From: a virus
Reading direction: 5' to 3' (one strand)
Virus record (IMG/VR): IMGVR_UViG_3300027741_000024
Coordinates: 32,001-96,000 of that record
DNA length: 64,000 nucleotides
Under the pieces are notes generated by a model. The model worked only from the letters and a program-made list of their open reading frames with translations, was not told the origin of the DNA and did not search any database. The position numbers and the translations under genes were made by a program. This document shows, piece after piece, positions 57,826 to 64,000 of this stretch. The stretch's first letter is position 1; the number at the start of each line of letters is the position of its first letter.

Positions 57826-58668
57826 ATGAAAGATTTGATCATTGGCTGCGCCACGAATTATAATTGGTCCAAATTAAAGTATTGGGTCAACTCTATCAAT
57901 CAATCAGGCTTTGAAGGTGATAAATGCCTGATTCTTATGAATTGTGATAAAGAAACCGTAGATAAGATTTCTGATGCGGGTTTTGCTATCATAGCATTCA
58001 ATCAAGATTCAAATGGTAATCTAACATACAACTCTAACATGATGGTGCATGTTGAGAGGTTCTTCCACATCTACAATGTTCTAAAAAATAATCTATATCG
58101 ATATGTAATTACCACTGATGTTAAAGATGTGATATTTCAAAAGAACCCATCTGAATGGTTAGAAAATAATTTATCAAAAGATGAAGATTTAGTATTTTCA
58201 TCTGAGAGTATGAAATATAAAGATGAGCCGTGGGGTAATCAAAATCTTATGGAAACATTTGGATCACAAATATATGAAGAGTTTAAGAATAATACTATCT
58301 TCAATGTAGGTGTTCTTGCTGGTCGTGGTTACGCCATGAAAGATTTGATGATGAATATCTTTACATCATGCGTTGGTCGTCCAATCAAAATTTGTGATCA
58401 GTCAACATTCAATTTCTTGATTTCACAACATCCATATCTAAAAACTTCCATGTATACCAAATCAGAAGATGGTTGGGCATGTCAGTTGGGCACAACTGCC
58501 GATCCAAGTAAGATAGATGAATTCCGTCCATTCTTACTTGAACCATCACCGAAATTAGATGGTGATAAGGTTGTAACTTCAGAAGGAATAGAGTATACTA
58601 TAGTACATCAATATGATCGTGTCCCAGAGTGGAAGAAAGTAATCGAGGAGAAATATAATGGTTTATGA
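57826..58668 (+). CDS. GT-A glycosyltransferase-like protein
   Basis: TTDVKDVIFQ.NP, FNVGV.AG, DQ..FN, HQYDR. Confidence 0.65.
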   Translation: MKDLIIGCATNYNWSKLKYWVNSINQSGFEGDKCLILMNCDKETVDKISDAGFAIIAFNQDSNGNLTYNSNMMVHVERFFHIYNVLKNNLYRYVITTDVKDVIFQKNPSEWLENNLSKDEDLVFSSESMKYKDEPWGNQNLMETFGSQIYEEFKNNTIFNVGVLAGRGYAMKDLMMNIFTSCVGRPIKICDQSTFNFLISQHPYLKTSMYTKSEDGWACQLGTTADPSKIDEFRPFLLEPSPKLDGDKVVTSEGIEYTIVHQYDRVPEWKKVIEEKYNGL

Positions 58669-59380
58669 AAAAATGTATATTAATAGTGATAATGAAACAT
58701 CACCTCAATCTAATCTAAAAGAAATATTCTGGAATTTGGACAAAGGTTGTACTAAATGGTCGGGTTACTTTGATGTGTATGAGAGACATCTGAGTAAATT
58801 CGTTGGTAAATCACCACGAATTTTGGAAATTGGTGTTCTTGGTGGTGGATCAATTGAGATGTGGTTAAAATACTTTGGTGAAGGCACAGAAGTTGTTGGT
58901 GTTGACATTAACGAAGAATGTAAAAATTATGTGTATGATGGTAAAGTAGAAATTGTAATGGGTGATCAAGGTGATCCACAATTTTGGGATCAATACCTAT
59001 CAGACAAAAAAGGATTTGATATCGTCATTGATGATGGTTCGCATGTGATGCAACATCAAATTACTACACTCAATAGTGTATTTCCACATGTAAGACCTGG
59101 TGGTGTTTATATTTGTGAAGATACACATACAAGTTACTGGCCACAACCATGGGGTGGTTCATTCCGTGGCGCTGGCACGTTCTTGGAACATGCCAAACGC
59201 ACGACAGACATTTTAAATCAACAACACTTTCAGGGTGAACCAATAATGCCTGAAGTTTTATCAAAATATTCAGGTCTATACTCTGTAGCATTCTATAATA
59301 GTATGGTTGTATATGAAAGAGAATCATTAAAAACATTTGGTATTGTAGATAACAAAGCAAATGTAGGACGTGATCTATGA
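58658..59380 (+). CDS. Class I SAM O-methyltransferase (MycE/TylE-like sugar methyltransferase)
   Basis: LEIGV.GGGS..MW..YF, GDQ, IVIDDGSH, YICEDTHTSYW. Confidence 0.8.
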   Translation: MVYEKMYINSDNETSPQSNLKEIFWNLDKGCTKWSGYFDVYERHLSKFVGKSPRILEIGVLGGGSIEMWLKYFGEGTEVVGVDINEECKNYVYDGKVEIVMGDQGDPQFWDQYLSDKKGFDIVIDDGSHVMQHQITTLNSVFPHVRPGGVYICEDTHTSYWPQPWGGSFRGAGTFLEHAKRTTDILNQQHFQGEPIMPEVLSKYSGLYSVAFYNSMVVYERESLKTFGIVDNKANVGRDL

Positions 59381-60093
59381 AGATAGCATTATGTTTATCT
59401 GGTCAAGCACGAAGTGTGGAAGCAGGATATGAATTTCATAAGAAAAATATTATAGAAGGTAATGATGTAACTGTATTCTTTCACACATGGACACAAGATG
59501 ATATGAGTTTCTATCGGAAGATTATAGACTTGTATAATCCTGAATTATCGGTTGCTGAAGATCCGCTTGATGAAGATTTGTCAAAATACACAAGAACTCC
59601 ACCACCATCACCAAACTGGAAAGTAAAGGATGGTAGAATGTCAACATTTGCTCAACTGTATGCTATTCAAGGTTGCAATCAGTTGAAATCTGAATATGAA
59701 CTTGAAAACAATATGACATTTGATTGGGTGATTCGGTCACGATTTGATTTTGCCATCAACGCTAAGATACCGTTTGATGAATTGGATAACAGCAAACTGT
59801 ACATTCCAAATTGCCGTATGGTACCAACCAAAGATTTTGGTAATGATCAGTTCGCATTCTCATCATCTAAGAATATGGATAACTATGCAGAATGTTATAA
59901 TCATATTGACAAATTCTATGATTCTGGTGTACAATATATGTGTGAAGATTTTATGAGTGCTAACTGGAAGAAATACGGTATGGTTGGTGAGAATCTGGTA
60001 TACTGTGATGTCAACCATCCATTTCCACCAGGTGAGTATAACGGAACACCACATTCTTTAATCAGGGAAGATTTTAAAAAATGGTTAACTTAG
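59377..60093 (+). CDS. Glycosyltransferase-like hypothetical protein
   Basis: IALCLSGQ.R, F.HTW, D.VIRSRFD, NDQFA. Confidence 0.5.
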   Translation: MKIALCLSGQARSVEAGYEFHKKNIIEGNDVTVFFHTWTQDDMSFYRKIIDLYNPELSVAEDPLDEDLSKYTRTPPPSPNWKVKDGRMSTFAQLYAIQGCNQLKSEYELENNMTFDWVIRSRFDFAINAKIPFDELDNSKLYIPNCRMVPTKDFGNDQFAFSSSKNMDNYAECYNHIDKFYDSGVQYMCEDFMSANWKKYGMVGENLVYCDVNHPFPPGEYNGTPHSLIREDFKKWLT

Positions 60094-60818
60094 TTATCTG
60101 TATGGCGGGTTATAATACCCGTTTTCATGATGTTGGTTTTGATATTCCAAAGTATCTGTTGCCTTGGAATAACACAACAATCATTCACGATATCTTAAAT
60201 AATTTTGGTGAAACGTACCAAACAATTCTTGTTGCAAACAAGCGTGATGTTTATTTCAAAGATCAATTACTAGAAACCATCAAACCATTTGGATTAGATG
60301 AGAAGAACATTCTATACATTGGTGATACTAAAGGTCAAGCACATACTGCTGCCATAGGTATTGATCAACTGTATGATGACAACATACCAACATTCATTCA
60401 TAATGCAGATACAATTGTTACAGGTCGATCTTTAAATCTGATTGCTGATTCGATGAATAATCTGTATGATGCTTATATTGATGTGTTTGTTGGCAACTCA
60501 CCAAAGTATTCATATGTTCGGGCATTTGAAGAAACTGTACTGGAAATTGTAGAGAAGAAACAAATCTCACCATATGCTTCATCAGGACTATATGGATTTT
60601 TGACGGGTAATATGTACATGAGTTTTTTTAATTCACTTTGGGCGAAACAATATGAAGAAAAGAGTGAACTGTATGTAGCAGATGTGATTCAAAGTATGAT
60701 TGCTGGAGGTAAACAAGTATTCATGAATGGTCTTGGAAATAACCAAGAAACGATTGTACTTGGCAGTCCACAAGAATATGGTATTGAGATAGCAAGACAA
60801 ACATTAGGTGCAAGATGA
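60081..60818 (+). CDS. Sugar/cyclitol-phosphate nucleotidyltransferase-like protein
   Basis: ICMAG..TRF.....PKYL, T.GQAHT, NAD, EK..IS..AS.GLYGF, ELYV. Confidence 0.75.
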   Translation: MVNLVICMAGYNTRFHDVGFDIPKYLLPWNNTTIIHDILNNFGETYQTILVANKRDVYFKDQLLETIKPFGLDEKNILYIGDTKGQAHTAAIGIDQLYDDNIPTFIHNADTIVTGRSLNLIADSMNNLYDAYIDVFVGNSPKYSYVRAFEETVLEIVEKKQISPYASSGLYGFLTGNMYMSFFNSLWAKQYEEKSELYVADVIQSMIAGGKQVFMNGLGNNQETIVLGSPQEYGIEIARQTLGAR

Positions 60819-61783
60819 TATCCGCAGTAAAGAAACTTAAAGGTGGTTCCCTTAGTTCCACATACTATATTAAATCTTGTGAACAAGAATGTATCAGTAA
60901 AGAAATTGTTCGTGATCAAAATCGTGAATATGGTTTCGTTCGTTGGTATTCACAACTAAAGAAATTGCAACGATATAATACATTGTATCCTAATCTATTT
61001 CCACAAGTTATTAATGTTGGTGTTGATCACAATAAAGCATTCTTCAAAATAGAATATATGAAAGGTTTTCGTGACATTAAAAATATTCTGACTAACGACA
61101 CTCTGACTGATGAACAAATCTTTCGTATGAGTCAAGCGGTGTGGAAAGGTCTGAATCAACTTCATTCAGTCACACATGATCCAATACCGGGAGCAGGTAA
61201 TTTATATTTTGAAGAAGAAGTACAACAAAAGATAACCGATGCACTTGTTGTGCCAGAGTTTGCTGAGTTTTATTCTTATGGAACATATGAGTATCATGAT
61301 ACAATTGTTCAAGGTATAGGTGCTTCAATAAACGACTTAGAAAATTTCTTTTCCGAGTTAAAGTTGGTACAAGAGGAAAACATTCATGGTAATCCTACAC
61401 TAGAAAACATTTTATATTCATTTGAGGAAGATCGTGTGGTATTTATTGATGTATATGAAGAAAGTATGATTGATACTAGGTTTTTGGACTATGCACAAGT
61501 TTTACAATGCTCACGCAGTAATTATGGTTACATAAATGATAATCAGGTAGATATAGATGGTGTTTCTGTAACTCATAGGTTGCAGATACCAAAGAATTTT
61601 GAAACCTTTAACTATCATTTTGAGTCAGGAATTACCGAAAAAAGAACTAAAGAGATTGTGAACATTTTTGAGGCAACTCAGTTCATTCGTATGCTTCCAT
61701 TCAAAGTTCTGGCAGGTGATATAGATAAAGCAAAGTTCTTTTATATTCAGGCGTGTTATTTGTTAAGTAAGGTATTTAAATGA
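60815..61783 (+). CDS. APH/choline-kinase-fold phosphotransferase
   Basis: LKGGSLS, K, IEY, IHGNPTLENIL, FID, D.AQ..Q. Confidence 0.65.
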   Translation: MISAVKKLKGGSLSSTYYIKSCEQECISKEIVRDQNREYGFVRWYSQLKKLQRYNTLYPNLFPQVINVGVDHNKAFFKIEYMKGFRDIKNILTNDTLTDEQIFRMSQAVWKGLNQLHSVTHDPIPGAGNLYFEEEVQQKITDALVVPEFAEFYSYGTYEYHDTIVQGIGASINDLENFFSELKLVQEENIHGNPTLENILYSFEEDRVVFIDVYEESMIDTRFLDYAQVLQCSRSNYGYINDNQVDIDGVSVTHRLQIPKNFETFNYHFESGITEKRTKEIVNIFEATQFIRMLPFKVLAGDIDKAKFFYIQACYLLSKVFK

Positions 61784-62919
61784 ATGATTTTATGATGGAT
61801 TACGACAAGTTCAAACGGACTTGGACAGTCAAAACAGAATTACCAGTAGAGTTCAAACTAACATACTCTGCTGATATTTTCAATCCTTTGAACCATGACT
61901 TGGTATCGTATAAGACTAACGATAGAGTGATGATTGTTATTGATCAGAATGTTCATAAGTTTTACACTGTAGAATTAATGAACTATTTCAATTCCCATAA
62001 TGTTAAATATTCTATGTTGGTTATTGATACTGACGAAGAAAGCAAGACATGGGAAGATGCAGACTATATTTTACAATTTTTTGAAGATGAAGGAGTGTTA
62101 CGCCGTGAACCGATTATCGCCATTGGTGGTGGTGTCTTGCTTGACATTGTTGGGTTTGCTTGCAGCATATATCGCCGTGGAATCCCTTACATCAAAGTCC
62201 CAACTACTTTACTGGCCATTGTTGATGCTTCCGTAGGGTCGAAGGTAGCAGTTAATCATTTTGAAAGACGCAATCGTCTTGGTGCATACTATCCACCAAT
62301 TGCCACATTGATCGACAAGAAGTTCATTAAGACACAAAGTGAACGTGAAATCGTTAATGGTATTGCTGAGATATTCAAGTTAGCAGTTATCAAATCACCA
62401 GAACTATTCACACTACTTGAAGAGAATGCTGAACTGTTGATTGAAGAGAAGTTTCAGCACGGCGCAGTACCAGTTCGTGTCATCAATCTTGCTATCACAG
62501 ATATGATTGCTGAACTTGGTCCTAATCTATGGGAAAGAAAACTAGATCGATGTGTAGACTTTGGTCACACATTCAGTCCTGTGATTGAGATGACAAATAT
62601 ACCAGAATTATTGCATGGGGAAGCAGTAGCACTTGATTGCTTGTATAGTTCATGTATTGCTTGTCTGCGTGGTTACATAGGTCAGAGTGTTCTCAACAGA
62701 ATATTCAATCTAGCAAAACGATTAAAACTAAAAACATTTCATGAAGGTTTCACAAACATGGAATTACTTCAGAAAAGTTTATCGGACGCAACTAAACATC
62801 GTAATGGTAATCAGTATGCACCGTTGCCAATATATGTGGGTAATTATAAAATTGTGAATGATATTACAAAATCGGAAATGGAATACGCTATCGCACTTTT
62901 TAGGACTTATCATGATTAA
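61780..62919 (+). CDS. Sedoheptulose-7-phosphate cyclase, 2-epi-5-epi-valiolone synthase (EEVS) type
   Basis: GGGVLLDIVG, YRRGIPY..VPTTL..VDASVG.K, MIAELGPNLWE..L.R.VDFGHTFSP, LLHGEAV, KHRNG. Confidence 0.88.
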   Translation: MNDFMMDYDKFKRTWTVKTELPVEFKLTYSADIFNPLNHDLVSYKTNDRVMIVIDQNVHKFYTVELMNYFNSHNVKYSMLVIDTDEESKTWEDADYILQFFEDEGVLRREPIIAIGGGVLLDIVGFACSIYRRGIPYIKVPTTLLAIVDASVGSKVAVNHFERRNRLGAYYPPIATLIDKKFIKTQSEREIVNGIAEIFKLAVIKSPELFTLLEENAELLIEEKFQHGAVPVRVINLAITDMIAELGPNLWERKLDRCVDFGHTFSPVIEMTNIPELLHGEAVALDCLYSSCIACLRGYIGQSVLNRIFNLAKRLKLKTFHEGFTNMELLQKSLSDATKHRNGNQYAPLPIYVGNYKIVNDITKSEMEYAIALFRTYHD

Positions 62920-63589
62920 GAAAAATGCTGTGGTGACAGGTTGCAGTTATGGTTTGGGTGCAGAGATTTGTCGTAAATTAATTGACGATGGTTATCATGT
63001 CTATGGTCTATCACGCAGTAAACCACCAGAAAGTTTCTTGAAATTTCCAGAAGATTTTACATGGGTTGAATGTGATATTTCAAGTTACGATGACGTTAGA
63101 TTGGCATTCAAATATATGAACCAATATACCGATATCCTAGTCAATAATGCTGGTGTATTTACTGGTGGAAAGTTTGCAGCACAAAATCATGAAGCAATTG
63201 ATAAAGTTATTGATGTTAATGTCAAAGGTGCGATGTATGTTACCAACGAAGCATTGAAGTGGATGCCATCAGGATCACGCATATTCTTTATTAATTCAGT
63301 TTCTGGTTTGTATGAGATAGAGTATGAAGCAATCTATGGTGCATCTAAACATGCACTCACTGCATTTGCGGGTGTGTTAGGTAAAGAATTGCAAAGTCGT
63401 GGCATCTATGTAACTAGTATTCATCCTGGCAGTATTGAGACTCCGATGCAACGAAATAATCCGAACAATGCACCAGATAAGTTTTTGAAACCAGAAGAGA
63501 TTGCTAATCTGATTTCATTTATTTGTAAGACCGAAAATGTAGAATATAAAACAATCAAACTATTTCCAAGGACAGAATGGCACCAATGA
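62912..63589 (+). CDS. Short-chain dehydrogenase/reductase
   Basis: TGCSYGLG, CDI, NNAG, S, YGASK, PG.I.T; ATG at 62912. Confidence 0.9.
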   Translation: MIKKNAVVTGCSYGLGAEICRKLIDDGYHVYGLSRSKPPESFLKFPEDFTWVECDISSYDDVRLAFKYMNQYTDILVNNAGVFTGGKFAAQNHEAIDKVIDVNVKGAMYVTNEALKWMPSGSRIFFINSVSGLYEIEYEAIYGASKHALTAFAGVLGKELQSRGIYVTSIHPGSIETPMQRNNPNNAPDKFLKPEEIANLISFICKTENVEYKTIKLFPRTEWHQ

Positions 63590-64000
63590 AAGATAAAACA
63601 TTATTCATCGTAACATCAGCTTTGAATGCTGATATGGGTGTGGTTAGTCGCACCGACAGGTTTGATCAGACTATGAAAGGTCTGATATCAATTCGTAAGT
63701 ATGTACCTGATGCCATTATTCTTTTAACAGATGGATCGCCTCATGAAATTGAAAAAGCAAAATTAAAAGCAATTTCACACTTTGCTAATTTTGCTGCCGA
63801 TTTTTCTGGCGATGAACAAATAACTGAGTTGGCTATTAATCATCGTAAAAGTGAAGCAGAAAATCTTTTGATGTTGAAAACTTTAATGCTTTTACAACAA
63901 GATGAGGATATGAAAGAAGTTATGAATAATGTTGAACGTATATTCAAGTTATCAGCACGAACTGATCTGACTGATGAATTTAACGTTGAAGAACATATGC
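63586..64000 (+). CDS. 3'-truncated glycosyltransferase-like hypothetical protein
   Basis: MKDKTLFIVTSA...R..QT...L.SIR...PDA.I.L.D.S...IFKLSAR; ATGA overlap with the SDR; open to the window end. Confidence 0.5.
   Translation, partial: MKDKTLFIVTSALNADMGVVSRTDRFDQTMKGLISIRKYVPDAIILLTDGSPHEIEKAKLKAISHFANFAADFSGDEQITELAINHRKSEAENLLMLKTLMLLQQDEDMKEVMNNVERIFKLSARTDLTDEFNVEEHM

Noticed and set aside
1049-60919. All minus-strand ORFs in the track
   Set aside because: Each lies antisense to well-supported + strand genes and shows no recognisable motif
61780-62919. 3-dehydroquinate synthase (aroB) call
   Set aside because: Lacks LNxGHTxGH, has EEVS-type PNLWE/VDFGHTFSP, and no shikimate genes are nearby
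1-64000. tRNA genes or stop-codon reassignment
   Set aside because: No cloverleaf seen in the short intergenic gaps; core genes are full length in the standard code and end in TAA, TGA and TAG

Overview
A 64 kb, AT-rich segment of a T4-like (myovirus) phage genome, with all real genes on the + strand. Order: fibre/structural genes; neck, tail, terminase and head genes gp13-gp23 (a dps gene sits between gp16 and gp17); gp3, uvsY, uvsW; an inserted sugar-modification cassette; gp55, gp47, gp46, def; an early region (CobT/CobS-like pair, DUF262-HNH, small winged-helix gene); gp45-gp44-gp62-regA, hsp20, dCMP deaminase, gp43, uvsX, gp41; then a probable late operon. The gene set (def, hsp20, cobS, four 2OG-Fe(II) oxygenases, no photosynthesis genes in the window) resembles aquatic T4-like phages, and a proteobacterial host is an inference. 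The most striking feature is at 57.8-64 kb: a tightly coupled cluster with an EEVS-type sedoheptulose-7-phosphate cyclase, a kinase-fold protein, a nucleotidyltransferase, an SDR, an O-methyltransferase and three GT-like proteins. It looks like a phage-encoded C7-cyclitol (carbasugar) synthesis, activation and transfer pathway. Non-coding signals read directly from the sequence are an H-type pseudoknot in a 5' UTR (38051-38094), a ROSE-like element before hsp20, hairpin-embedded sigma70 promoters, and direct repeats of translation-start junctions flanking inserted nuclease and methyltransferase genes. All protein calls rest on recognised motifs and synteny; no database search was run.
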